DNA of 64,000 nt from Centroscyllium fabricii. Taxonomy: Eukaryota. Made by a program: the position numbers and the translations under genes. Location of the stretch: assembly GCA_051313645.2 (NCBI GenBank), contig JBNRSN020000014.1:63798001-63862000 (forward strand), read 5' to 3'. The first letter of the stretch is position 1; every line of letters starts with the position of its first letter. The notes under the pieces were generated by a model. That model made no database searches and was not told where the DNA came from. It saw only the letters and a list, made by a program, of their open reading frames with translations. Positions 25,521-38,380 of this stretch are shown piece after piece.

Positions 25521-26539
25521 ATTTGTTTGAATTTTTGCATTATTCCAATTTTTTTTATGTGTTTGGGTTTTTCTGTTGCAACAATTTACAACTCCAATCT
25601 AATGTCCCTATCTCAACACAATTTGGATGTTTTATTTGTGCCTTTGTGGATAAAGGCACAAAGCCTAAAAGATTAGAAGGTGCCAGGTTCAATTTCTGGT
25701 CCCAACCTTTGACTTACTGGCTTTGGGCTGGAGTGTGGTAGGAGTTAGGTTTCCAGCTCCTGATCTGTACAGTGACTTTTTGTTGGAAATATGTGGATGT
25801 TGGACAGGATCAGGCTCCACTGTAATTCTTCTCGCTCATATAATCTGGCGACTCTCGTTCGGACCCCAACCTAAACAATGGCCATGGATCCATACCCAAC
25901 AAGAATCAATGTCTTCAGGAAAGCAGGAAGGAGAAAATTGGCAAGAATGCATATCCATCCAGATGGACTCTACCACCTTACAAAATGCAAATGAAAATCT
26001 TTTTCTCTGTAGATCTCCTGTAATAGAGCTCCCAATTGCAATTGTATCTTGCCAAGATTTTCTGTACTTTAAATTTAAACCTGGCATTGTGCTTTGAGTT
26101 GGTGTTCTCTGGTTTTATAATAAGCTGTACCATTTAATGTAATTAAATATTCTAACATTCTCCATTTGAACACTGAATTTATACTGCAGTCTAAGGACCA
26201 ACAGAGTTGAAGCAATATAAATGTGAGCTAAGAGGTTTTTTTCAGTCTCTGGTTTTTGCATCTTGGAATAGGACTTGTCTTGCTCGGGATGGTGGCTTAA
26301 TTCCTCGTGCAGGTGGCCACAATTCACGAGAGCCTGTTGTCTGAGCTCAGTCCGGTTATCAGCCAGTGCGAGCAGCATGCACTTCCAGCAGGAGTTACTG
26401 GATAATCTTTTCTTCATCCTTTCCCACCACGGCAAGAATGCTGAGGCCAATTACAGTATTCCTGTAATTGCCGTGGCTGATTGATTCCCATAACAGACCA
26501 CTGATTGTCTTTAGGCTCTACAAGGTTTGTATGGCTTAC

Positions 26540-27182
26540 TACGTGTAGAAGTTACAACATGGACACGGGTCATTTGACACAACCACTACATGTCAGCATT
26601 TACCCTCCACGAGCAAATAGTTCTAATCACATTTAACCCACACTGTTCCCATATTCTTCTTGATTCCTTTTCTATCATCTACCTATTCAAACTAATCTTA
26701 AACGTTGATGCAGTTTCTACCTCTACCACTTACCCTGGAAGTGAATTCCAAAGCTTCACAACTTTTTTCCCTGCCCACTTCTAAATCTCCTACATTTAAT
26801 CTTCTATCTATGGTCCCTTGTTCTTGACCCCTCAACTACTGGAAACAGTGTGCTGGTATCAACCCTGCCCAGCCTTTCAGAATTCTCTTTCCTATCGCAC
26901 CGTAATCTGTGTTTACCATCGTTCGTACCTGTATTTGTATTTCCTCATACCAGGCAGCACGCTAGTTAATCTGCGTTTAACCCTCATCAAAGCCTCACAT
27001 CCTTCTTGTTGTGTGGAGCCCCATGCTGCATACAGTACTCCAACTGAGGTCTTAAGGTTTTATTTAAGTTCAGTATTAGCTTTCAGATTCTATACCTTGA
27101 GAGAAAACTCTAAATTCTATTAGATTATTTACAGCCATACCAATGTGAGGGGATGCTGTACATGTTTTGTGAACCTCTTATC

Positions 27183-27215
<33 letters not shown>

Positions 27216-27700
27216 AAAGTCTCTTCCGCAACAGCGACTACTTGTATTCAGGGTATAATTACTCCTGCATTTTTTTTAACCAAATTCAATTACCCCACAC
27301 TTAGACATTGAATTCCATCTACCACTTTTTGGTCTATTCTCCCTGTCTTGGAAAAATAGCTTTGCACTCTCCTCTGGTCTTCTTAAATAATTAGCTATTT
27401 TGGTATTTGCAAATTTCAGCACCATTCCTAGACCTATATTAAAATCATTAAAGAACATTGATTTGAGGTGACCTTAGAACTGAACCCTGGGGAACACTTA
27501 CAATTCACTTCAACCATTCTGTAAAACTGCCCAGAACATATATTTTCTTCTTCCTAACCTCAGTTTGCTACTCCTTTTAATCTTCTCTTGTGGTACTTTA
27601 TGAAAAACTTTCCTAAAGTCCATGGATGCTAACTCCATTGCATTTTCCCATTTACCATGTCTGTTACTACCCCAAAGAATTGAGGTTTGACAAACATAAC
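26540..27700 (-). mobile_element. Very old CR1-type LINE fragment
   Basis: Residual MDFRKVFHKVP and LKFANTK motifs on -. Confidence 0.55.
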
Positions 27701-27721
27701 CCTCCCTTTTCAAACATTAAT

Positions 27722-27920
27722 ACAATAGCAAAATACTGCAGATGCTGGCAATCTGAAATAACAAAACTTGGGGCAAACTCAGCAGGCCAGGCACCATCCG
27801 TGGAGAGAGAAACTATTAACGTTTCAGGTCAAAGACCTTTCGTCAGAACTGGAAACGAGCAGGAAAAGGAACAGATTTTTTAAGCAAGTTTAGGGGCTGG
27901 CAAATGGGGGAGGGGATAAA
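27722..27920 (-). mobile_element. Penelope pLTR (family A) fragment; continues at about 30625-30788 beyond the Rex1 insertion
   Basis: Both parts match, in reverse, the 3' region of the Penelope element at 38130-38380. Confidence 0.7.
27813..27852 (-). ncRNA. Minimal type I hammerhead ribozyme motif (intact core)
   Basis: CAGTT-CTGACGA-A-AGGTC TTT GACCT-GAAA-CG-TT-AAT; palindromic AACGTT in the helix III position. Confidence 0.65.
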
Positions 27921-27924
27921 ATGC

Positions 27925-30622
27925 AATTCAAGTTTTATTGTCATTGCAGAGTACTAGTACAATGCAACGAGACGAAGACTCGCCGCTCCCGAGAGTAGTG
28001 CAAATAATTAACACACAATTGCATACAGTAAGGTACATTTCAGGTGTGCAGATACTGGAGTTTATTTTTAGAGTTCAGGAGGCTGACAGCCCTGGGGAAG
28101 AAGCTGTTCTTAAATCTAGTCGTGCGGGTGCAAATTGATCTGTAGCGGCTCCCGGAGGGCAGAGGGGCGAACAGACTGTGGCTGGGGTCTGTGGGGTCTT
28201 TAATAATGTTCAGAGACCTCCGTAGGCAGCGTTTGAGGTAGATACATTCAATTGATGGTAGCTGGGTGCCGGTAATTCGTTGGGTAGTTTTGACTACCCG
28301 CTGCAGGGCCTTCCGGTCTGAGATGGTGCAGTTTCCATACCAGACTGATGCAGCTTGTCAGTATGCTTTCGATTGTGCAGCGGTAGAAGTTGGCGAGGAT
28401 GCCGGATGACAGCTTGGCTTTTTTCAGCTTCCTTAGGAAGTACAGGCGCTGTTGGGCCACCTTAATCAGGGAGGATGTGTTTAGTGACCAGGAGAGGTCT
28501 TCCGAGATGTGGACCCCGAGGAACTTGAAGCTGGACACCCTTTCCACCTCAGCCCCTTGGATGAAGATGGGGGTGTGTCTTCTGCTTTCAGTACTCCGGA
28601 AGTCCACTATGATCGCCTTAGCTTTCTTGGTGTTCAGTGCCAGGTTGTTGTCGGCACATCATCCCACAAGGCGCTGGATCTCATCCCTGTTGGCTGACTC
28701 ATCGTTGTTGGTGATCTGACCAACCACCGTGGTGTCACCCGCAAACTTGATCGTGTTGGAGCCATGGACAGCCGCACCGTCGTGGGTGAAGAGGGAGTAG
28801 AGGAGGGGGCTCAGCACACAGCCTTGTGGGCCCCCCGTGTTCAGGGTAAGCGGGGGGGAGGTGAGGTTGCCTAACTTCACAGACTGTGGTCTGTTGGTTA
28901 GGAAGTCCAGGGTCCAGTTGCAGAGGGAGGTGTTCAGGCCAAGGGTGAGGAGTTTGGTAGACAACTTGCTGGGGACGATGGTGTTGAATGCTGAGCTGCA
29001 GTTAATAAACAGCATTCTGATATATGTATCTTTTCTATCCAGGTGGTTTAGTGCAGAGGGAAGAGCTGTAGTGATAGCATCTTCCGTTGATCTGTTTCCT
29101 CGATAGGCAAACTGGTATTGGTCCAGGGCGGCGGGGACCAGCCGCTCGAAACACTTCATGATTATGGGTGTGAGTGCGACAGGGCGGTAGTCGCTCAGGC
29201 AAGTCACGGCCGTTTTCTTGGGCACAGGGATGATGGTGGCGGTCTTGAAGCAGGTAGGAACAGCTGCCTTCGCCAGTGACAGGTTGAAGATGTCGGTGAA
29301 GACCTCAGCCAGTTGGTCAGCACAGTCTTTGAGTGCCCGGCCGGGGATGCCGTTGGGACCCGCAGCCTTCCGTGCGTTCACTCCACGTAGAGCACCTCTT
29401 ACGTCGGAGGAGGACAGTATTAGTGGCTGATCTTCCGGAGATTGCAAGACTTTGGTGGCTGGCCCCCTGTTGTCCCTGTCGAAGCGAGCATAGAAGTTGT
29501 TGAGCTCCTCCGGTAGGGACGCATCGCTGGTCGGGGGGCTGGTGTTTTTGCACTTGTAGTCCGTGATGGACGTATGCCTTGCCACATACGCCGAGGGTCC
29601 GAGTTGTTGTGGAAGTGTTCCTCTATCTTCAGTGTCTGGTTTCGTTTGGCAGACCTGATACCCCTCTTTAAGTTTGCCCTGGCTGTGCTGTAAGCTGCCA
29701 CCTCCCAGATTTGAAAGCTACGTCACGTGCCTTCAGCAGCGAGCGGACCTCCCCCGTTCATCCAGGGTTTCTGGTTGGGGAATGTCTTGATGGTTTTTTG
29801 GGTAGTGGCCACCTCGACACAGCTGTTGATGTAAAATAGCACTGTGGATGCGTATTCCTCGATGTCCGTGTGAGCGAACATGCTCCATTCAGTGCGTTCG
29901 AAGCAGTCTTGTAGCTCTGAGACTGCCCCTTCTGGCCATACCCTGACTCTTTTGGCTGGAGCTTTCACCCTTTTGATGAGTGGTTTGTATGCTGGGGTAA
30001 GGAACAGTGAAAGGTGGTCGGACTTCCCGAGGTGGGGGCACGGGATGGCTTTGTAAGCCTCTGCGATGTTGGTGTAGACCTGGTCCAGCGTGTTCTCACC
30101 CCTCGTGGGGCAGGAGACATTCTGGTGAAATTTCGGTAGTACGGATTTGAGGTTAGCGTGGTTGAAGACCCCCGCCACGATAAAGGCTCCCTCCGGATGC
30201 GCGGTCTGCTGCTCGCTGATGGCCCTGTGGAGATCCTTTAGTGCCAGTTTGGCATTGGCATGTGGAGGGATGTAGACCACAGTGAAGATGACTGCCATGA
30301 ATTCCCGAGGCAGGTAAAAGGGTCTGCACTTTACAGTGAGGAATTCCAGATCGGCGGAGCAGGAACGTTCGATCAGTTCCGCGTTTGTGCCCCAGGCGTT
30401 GTTCGTGTAGATGCACAGGCCGCCTCCCTTGCTCTTACCGGAGTCGGCTGTTCTGTCGCGCGGAAGACAGTGTGACCCGCTAGCTGGATGGCGGAGTCAA
30501 GAATGCCGTCGTTCAGCCAGGTCTCCGTGAAGATCATGGCGCAGCATTCCTTGATCCTGGTCTGTGGAGAGGCCAAGCTTGATTTAATCAATTTTACTCC
30601 CTAGGGACCTGACGTTGGCCAG
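27925..30622 (-). mobile_element. Rex1/Babar-clade LINE, near-complete EN+RT, frameshifted
   Basis: EN: IFTETWL, GVFNHANL, LGKSDH; RT: [57 protein letters not shown] (catalytic FADD mutated); tail AATGACAATAAAACTTGAATTG. Confidence 0.92.
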
Positions 30623-30788
30623 AGAGGCAAGAACAAAAGGCAAGGTCTGTGACTGGATGGAAGGCAGGAGAAGAAAGGGGGCATTAAGAGATAGTCAAGG
30701 CAAGAGGAGATGGTAATGGACAGGTTAAGGAATAAAGGATGGCTCTAGATGGAGTGTGAATTGCGCTGGCAGAATGGAAGACAAATGC

Positions 30789-31372
30789 AAGAAGTCACAC
30801 AACACCAGATTATAGTCCAACAGTTTTATTTTAAATCACAAGCTTTCGGAGCGCTGCTCCTTCGTCAAGGTGAAAAAGAGAGACTGACTTAAAGAATGCA
30901 CATATGTGATAAAGGAAGAAATCCGATATCTCCCACATCTCACCTCAGTAGAGATAGACACACAAAGGCTTATTCACATATTTTAAGTGTTTCATTTAAA
31001 CATAGCATATATAGAGAGAGATAACAATGTGGTCTGTCCAGTTGTTTCACATCACACCTCAGCTGAGGGACATCAAAGCAATCAAAGGTGTTCCAACATA
31101 TCAGCTAGCCTGAGATCAAAGGGTGCAGTCACAAAGGGTCAAGCGCTACAGTCTGCTTTAAATCCCACATAATGATTTTTTTTAAACAAGGATTTTTCTT
31201 ACTTAAAATCGCAGAACAAGCCAAAGATGGTTCGAGTGTGGATGACTACGTCAGGCGATTTCACATGTAGCGCGACATAAACCCAATATCACGGTTGAGG
31301 CCATGCTCATGGGTGCGGAACTTGGCTATCAGCCTCTGCTCGACGATTTTGCGTTGTGGGTCTGGAAGGCCA
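30789..31372 (-). mobile_element. Penelope-like 3' fragment (family B): ORF C-terminus plus pLTR with hammerhead-like core
   Basis: QRKIVEQRLIAKFRTHEHGLNRDIGFMSRYM* followed by TTGACGA-AGGAGCAGCGCTCC-GAAA-GCTT-GTGA. Confidence 0.75.
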
Positions 31373-31929
31373 CCGAGACTGGGCCACAGTAACTCACTTG
31401 AAATTGTGTTGATAACTAATAGTAATACTGATAACCATGCAGATTCCCCATCTAACCAATAGTAATTCACTGATAGTCTATATGTAGCTGGTAGTAATGG
31501 GTATGATGCCCCCGATATCCCACCTCTATTGCACAAGGTTCCCCAGTCAATGCCACTTTTAACATGCCCGATCTCTCTCCATGTCTCCTTGGACTCTGGT
31601 TCTGTGTGAAGGTGAAAACTCTAAAGTGGGAGCCTCAGTCAAAGCCAAACTGTACTTAGATTTCACATGTCAAAACTGGCCATCACAGACTGACATGAAC
31701 CAAACCAAGAGATTGCACAAAGGGCAGCGGGCTTGGTGTTTGGGGCACTTTTCACAGGGCACATCATCCTAAACACAGCCCCAATAGTACTAAACCACTC
31801 CCTCGGTTTGGCCTCAATAAAGGAGAATTTTCATGGAATGATGAATAGCACAGCACAGGAGAAGGCCATCCACCACCCCCCGCCCCCCCCAAAGTGCTAG
31901 TGCTTTCTGCTGGTGTCCTTTCCACCTGG

Positions 31930-32140
31930 ATTCTTTCCCCAAATATTCCTGGCTGATATTTAGCTGTCAGCCAACATCACTTAAAAGAAAAACATTATCT
32001 GGTCATTATCTGTTTGTGGGACTTTGCTGTGTGCAAATTGGCGCTGTAGCATTTCCTACATTACAACAATGACTACACTTCAAAAGTACGTCATTGGCTG
32101 TAACGCACTTAGGGGCGTCCTGAAGTCTTGAAAGACATGT
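31930..32140 (+). mobile_element. Deu-domain SINE (SacSINE1/AmnSINE1-type) 3' part
   Basis: ATTATCTGGTCATTATC...TTTGTGGGACTTTGCTGTGTGCAAATTGG...TTTCCTACATTACAACAATGACTACACTTCAAAAGTAC. Confidence 0.75.
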
Positions 32141-33009
32141 TATTTTTCTTTTAAAAAACAAAGTTATTTTTCTTTTAAAATGGAATGGGATAAATATTTT
32201 AAATGATAATGTCGTCTCAACCTCAATAACCACTTTTGGTGAAGCATCCCATGATCTAATAGTCTCAATTCAAGCACCTCCCTTCTCCTCTGACTTCATC
32301 CCCTTGTTCCACATTCGTCCACCAGTGGAAATCATCTTTATTTACCCGCAGTAAAGTCCCCAGGTTTCACTCAGTGCTTTACTGGCTGCTCCTCCCGCTC
32401 AACATTCTGCTGCTACCAACTGTAGAAAATACTGGGCCCCACCCTCAACCCAGTCCCACTCTCCTCATGCTGGTTAAGCCTCAGTTATCTATCTTTCTCC
32501 CCCACCCAGACTCCCACTCTCTCCCTGAACCCCCATTCTCCCTCCTCTCCACACACCCCCCCACCAACCCTCCGGGACTTGAGTTTTCATCTTCACATAC
32601 AACCAGAGTCCAAAGAGTCATGGAGAGAGATCAGGCCTGCTAAAAGTGGCATCGACTGGGGAGCCTTACTGCACCTTATGCGATACAGATGGGATATTGG
32701 GGCATCAGACCCATTACTACCAGTTGACTATTAGTGAATTGGTATATTACTGTTGGTTAGGAGTGAAATATGACTTTTACCAGTATTACCAGATTAGTTA
32801 TCAGTGCAATTTCAGTGAGTTACTATTGTTTACTGGTGGGACTGCCCTCATTTAGTTCCATCCACCGCTATCAGTTTTTGCCAGAGCACTTCTACCAATG
32901 GTTTGTCTTTCCACCTACACCCCCACCACTCCTGACTATCCCCAACGTAGCAGCCGGTCCCGGCTCTCTCTGGCAGCGGGAGGTTTAAAGAGCAAAGATC
33001 TCGACTACA

Positions 33010-33500
33010 GTAACAACTTACATTTATGTAGCGCCTTTAATGCAGTAAAACGCCTTTCACAGGAGCGTTATCAAACAAAATTTGACACCGTGACACGCAA
33101 GGAGATATTAGGGCAGATGACCAAAACCTTTATCAAAGAGGTAGGTTTTAAGGAGCGTCTTAAAGGAAGAGAGATTTAGGGAAGGAATTCCAGAGTTTAG
33201 GGCCTTGGCAGCTGAAGGCACGGCCGCCAATGGTGGAAGGATTAAAATCGGGGATGCTCGAGGCCAGAATGGGAGGAGCATGGATATTCTGGAGAGTTGT
33301 GGGGCTGGAGGTGATTACAGAGATAGGGAGGGGCGACGCCATGGAGGGATTTGAAAACAAGGTTGAGAATTTTTAAATCGAGGCATTGCCGAACCAGGAG
33401 CCAATATAGTTCCGTGAGCACAGGGGTGATGGGTGCACGGGACTGGGTGAGTTAGGAGATCGGCAGCAGAGATTTGGATGAGCTCAAGTTGATAGATGGT
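33010..33500 (-). mobile_element. L2 LINE 3' fragment
   Basis: GGRAFSCQGPKLWNSFP motif and L2-type tail; reverse match to 54330-54740. Confidence 0.8.
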
Positions 33501-33639
33501 GGAAAATGGGAGGCTGATGAGATGCAACAATAGAGTGTGGGAGATCCATGTCCTTTTCAAGGAGAGTCCCGGGCAATCCAGGAGGGTTGGCAACCCTGTA
33601 TGCTGCTCAAGGCCCGGAAACGCCAGTCGCAGCTTGACT

Positions 33640-34755
33640 CTTAGAGCAAACTTAGGAGTTTGGGTTTGAAGTGACTTGGATAGAGAACTGGTTGGCAGAA
33701 AGAAAGCAAAGAGTTGGAATAAACGACTCTTTCTGAGTGGCAGGCAGTGACTAGTGGGGTACCGCAGGGATAGGTCCTTGGACCCCAGCTATTCACAATA
33801 TATATTAATGATCTGGACGAGGGGACTAGATGTAATATCTCCAATTTGGCAGACGACACAAAGCTGGGGGGCGTGTGTGCTGTGAGGAGGATGCCGAGAA
33901 ACACCAGTATGATTTGGACAGGTTGGGTGATTGGGCAGAAGCATGGCAGATGCAATATAATGTGGATAAATGCGAGGTTATCCACTTTGGTGTCAAAAAC
34001 AAGGCAGATTATTATCTGAATGGCAATAGATTGGGAGAAGGGGAAGTGCAATGAGACCTGGGTGTCCTTGTGCACCAATCGCTGAAGGTAAGCATGCAGG
34101 TGCAGCAGGCGGTTTAGAAGGCAAATGGTATGTTGGCCTTCTTAGCGAGAGGGTTTGAGTGCAGGAACAAGGATGTCTTTCTGCAGTTGTACAGGGCTTT
34201 GGTGAGACCACATCTGAGTATTGCTTACAGTTTTGGTCGCCTTATCTAAGGAAGATGTTCTTGCCATAGAAGGAATGCAGCGAAGATTCACCAGGCTGAT
34301 ACCTGGGATGGCAGGAATGACGTATGAGGAGAGATTGGGTCGATTGGGCTTGTACTCGCTGGAGTTTAGAAGAATGAGGGGATCTCATTGAAACTTATAA
34401 AAATTCTAACAGGACTGGACAGACTAGATGCAGGAAGGATGTTCCCGATGGTGGGGGAGTCCAGAACCAGCGGCCGCAGTCTAAGGATAAGGGGTAAGCC
34501 ATTTAGGACAGAGATGAGGAGGAATTTCTTCACCCAGAGAGTGGTGAACCTGTGGAATTCTCTGCCACAGAAGGCAGTAGAGGCCAATTCATTAAATATA
34601 TTCAAGAAAGAGTTGGATATATTCCTTGGGGCTAAAGGGATATGGGGAGAAAGCAGGGACAGGGTACTGAAATTGAATGATGAGCCATGATCTCATTGAA
34701 TGCCGGAGCAGGCTTGAGGGGCCGAATGGCCTACTCCTATCTTCTATGTTTCTAA
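33640..34755 (+). mobile_element. CR1 LINE 3' fragment
   Basis: RT 3' half, ESRTSGRSLRIRGKPFRTEMRRNFFTQRVVNLWNSLPQ, tail GGCCTACTCCTATCTTCTATGTTTCT. Confidence 0.9.
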
Positions 34756-35159
34756 GTGAGTACAGGAGTCTCATTTCAATATTGAAATGAAGCTTGCGTT
34801 CGGTTCAGGCAGTCACCACGGCCACCTCAAAAGGGCCCCAACCAATTTAGCATTGGCCCAAATTCCCGCACGGCCCTCTGCACTGCCTGTTGTAGACCAT
34901 AAAACGGCCGCAACAATCTTAAATTTAGACAGCCATATGTCTTCAAGGCAACAGCTTATGCCTTTTTAAACCTATGCGAATTCACTTTGTGTTGAAAGGC
35001 AACACTTAAACTCATTTCCTCCCCCCCCCCGCCCCATCCTTTTCCAAGGATGATCAGAAATCTGTAATGTGACACAAGGGAACAGACCCAAATTGGAGGA
35101 GCACGAAGCCCTTGATCACCATGGAGGAGTTCACTCTGGACATCCTTACTTATAAGAGC

Positions 35160-35446
35160 CTTGATGTGGAGGGGCCGGTGTTGGACTGGGGTGGACAATT
35201 GTAAGAAGTCACACAACACCAGGTTATAGTCCAACAGTTTTCTTTGAAATCACAAGCTTTCAGAGCGCTGCTCCTTAGGTGTAAGTAAAAGAGATTCATT
35301 TAAACACAGCATATCTCTCCCTCTATATATGCTGTGTTTAAATGAATCTCTTTTACTTACACCTGATGAAGGAGCTGTGCTCCGAAAGCTTGTGATTTCA
35401 AATAAAACTGTTGGACTACAACCTGGTGCTGTGTGACTTCTTACAG
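35160..35446. mobile_element. Palindromic Penelope-derived mini-element with 14-bp TSD
   Basis: TTACTTATAAGAGC at 35146-35159 and 35447-35460; 35200-35445 is a near-perfect inverted repeat. Confidence 0.88.
35359..35395 (+). ncRNA. Minimal type I hammerhead ribozyme motif
   Basis: CAC-CTGATGA-A-GGAGC TGT GCTCC-GAAA-GC-TT-GTG; palindromic AAGCTT in the helix III position. Confidence 0.65.
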
Positions 35447-36214
35447 TTACTTATAAGAGCAGTGAGTGAACAGGGGAAGGTGAAGTCACAGATGACCCCC
35501 TTCCGTGCTGGCCAAGCCCCTGTTCTTGCTGTATCTTATCCATTCTCTCTTGTACATATCACACAGGCTATCTTGAAATTCACACCCTGAATGTGTCTAG
35601 TGGAGGCCACATTCCAACATTTGGTCCTTTTTATTTGCCATTGTGGGCCTGGATGAGTAGTCTGCAGGCACTGACGCTAGCTCACCATAAGATGGCACCT
35701 CTTACTACCCTGTCGTACTCTTACCATAGATCCTAAGCAGAGGATGTCGTGGGTGAGGGTCGGAAGGACAAAACGGTGGTGGAGTAGGAGCTTGCTGCCT
35801 GGATGTATACATGGCAAATGTCAGTAGACTCCTAAACTTTGGGCGATGCGAAAGGGCAGTAAAATTTGGCAGCTGTTGCTATTTGTTGGAAAATGAGATG
35901 AACCTACATGTGACTGATGCATCGGTTATTACCAGTTTCATACTTGTCTGGACAATGCATTGGCTAATACAGCAGTGCTGGTCTGGAAGATGCCAGAGGC
36001 AGAAAGGTTGAGGGCAGTGGTGATCTTAGCTACCACTGTCAGTGATGTCCCTATACTGCAGCAGCCCTTGCAGCAGATGGCATAGCTCTGTAATTGGCTT
36101 TCTTCTAACCTGAAGCTTGCAGATAAGTTGTTCCTGACCATAGACCTGACTATAATTAATGGCAATATAAGGGGCACAGACAGTCTGGTTATGGTGCATG
36201 CTGATCTTCCCTGC

Positions 36215-38380
36215 ATGTCTTTCAACTTACCTCCCTCTACTAACCTATCTCCCTCTGAACTTGCAGCACTCCACTCTCTCAAATCCAACCCTGACATTGT
36301 CATTAAACCTGCTGACAAGGGTGGTGCTGTTGCTGTTTGGTGAACTGACCTCTACCTAGCGGAAGCTGCACGCCAATTCTCCAACACCTCCTCCTACCTC
36401 CACCTGGACCATGACCCCACTACCGAACATCAAGCCACCGTTTCCAAGAATGTCACTGACCTCATCTCCTGGAGAGCATCCCCCCCACGGCTGCCAACCT
36501 CATAGTTCCCCAACCCCACACAGCCCACTTCTACCTCCTTCCCAAGATTCACAAACAGGACTGCCCTGGTAGACCCATCGTTTCAGCCTGTTCTTGCCCC
36601 ACGGAACTTATCTCTTCCTATCTCGACTTTTTTTCTCCGCTTGTCCAATCTCTTCCCACCTACATCTGCGACTCTTCCGACGCCCTCCGCCACTTTAACA
36701 GTTTCCAGTTTCCCAGCCCCAACCGCCTCCTTTTCACTATGGACGTACAATCCCTCTACATCTCCATCCCCCACCAGGATGGCCTGAGGGCGCTCCGCTT
36801 CTTCCTTGAACGGAGTCCTAACCAGTCCCCATCCACCACCACCCTCCTCTGCCTGGCTGAACTTGTTCTCACATTGAACAACTTCTCCTTTGACTCCACT
36901 TATTTCCTCCAAATCAAAGGTGTTGCTATGGGTACACGCATGGATCCTAGCTATGCCTGCCTTTTCGAGGGCTATGTGGAACACGCTTTGTTCCAGTCCT
37001 ACTCTGGTCCCCTCCCTCACCTCTTTTTCCAGTACATTGATGACTGTATCGGTGCCGTCTCCTGCTCTTGCCCTGAACTAGAAAATTTCATTCACTTTCC
37101 TTCCCTCAGCATCACATGGTCTATCTCCGACTCTTCCCTTCCTTGACTTCTACATTTCCATTTCTGGGGTTAGGTTATTGACAAACATTTACTACAAGCC
37201 CACTGACTCCCACAGCTACCTGGACTACACTTCCACCCCGCCTCCTGTAAGGACCCTCTCTTCCTTTCTCCGTCTCCGCCGCATCTGCTCTGATGATGCC
37301 ACCTTCCATACCAGTGCTTCCGACATGTCTTCCTTTTTCCTCAACCGAGGATTCCCTTCTACTGTGGTTGAAACAGTCCTCACACGTGTCCATTCTATCA
37401 CCTGCACCTCTGCCCTCACCCCTGCCCCTCCCTCCCGGAACCACGCTAGGGTTCCCCTTGTCCTCATCTTTCACCCCACCGGCCTCCACATTCAACGGAT
37501 CATCCTCCGCCACCTCCAACGTGATCCCACCACCAAACGCATCTTCCCCTCACCTCCCCTTTCAGCATTCCGTAGGGACCACTCCCTCAGTGACCCCCCT
37601 AGTCCACTCCTCTACCACACCCAGCACCCCTTTCCCTTTGCCCGGCACCTTCCTGTGCAAGCGCAGGAGATACAACACATGCCTTTATACCTCCCTGCTT
37701 CCCACTGTCCAGGGCCCCAAACACCCCTTCCAGGTGAAACAGCGATTTACTTGTACTTCTTGCAATCTAATATACTGTATTCGCTGCTCGATATGGTCTC
37801 CTCTACATTGGGGAGACCAAATGCAGATTGGATGACCGCTTTGTGGAACGCCTCCGTTCAGTCCGTAAGGGGGACCCCGAGCTCCCGGTGGCCTCTCACT
37901 TTAATTCTCCACTCCACTCCCACTCAGACCTCACCATCTGCAGCCTCTTGCATTGTTCCACAGAAGCTCAGCATAAACTCGAGGAACAGCACCTCATCTT
38001 TCGATTTAGGCACTCAACAGCCCTCTGGACTCAACATAGAGTTTAACAATTGTCGATCATAACCTCGGCCCCTATCACATATATATTTTCTCTTTTTTAA
38101 TCCACACTTTCGTCTGGGCTTTTTTCTTCCCTCCCATATGGCAGCTGTCCTTCATTCTGCCAGGGCCATTCACACTTCATCTAGAGCCATCCTTTGTTCC
38201 TTGAATATCTCTTAATATCTCTCAATGTCTCTTAATCTCTCTTGCTTTCTATCCTATCACTGATCTTCCCGGGTGTTCTTTCATCCCCTCCCCCTTTTCC
38301 CAGCCCCCACTTGCTTTAGCATCTATCCCTTTTTCCTGCTTTTTTCCAGTTCTGACGAAGGATCTTCGACCTGAAACATT
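36215..38380 (+). mobile_element. Decayed Penelope-like retroelement (RT plus GIY-YIG endonuclease); pLTR resumes at 39441-39510
   Basis: IVIKPADKGGAV, LPKIHK..PGRPIVS, MDVQSLYISIP, GVAMGTRM, QYIDD, YYKPTDSHSYLDYTS, FTCTSCNLIYCIRC, PVASHFN, GLNIEF; several frameshifts. Confidence 0.92.

Noticed and set aside
28659-29585. 308-aa RT ORF as an active retrotransposon
   Set aside because: The element is split by frameshifts and the catalytic FADD reads FAGD
31545-31580. Possible 5S rRNA 5' fragment (AACATGCCCGATCTC)
   Set aside because: The match is too short and does not extend into the internal control region
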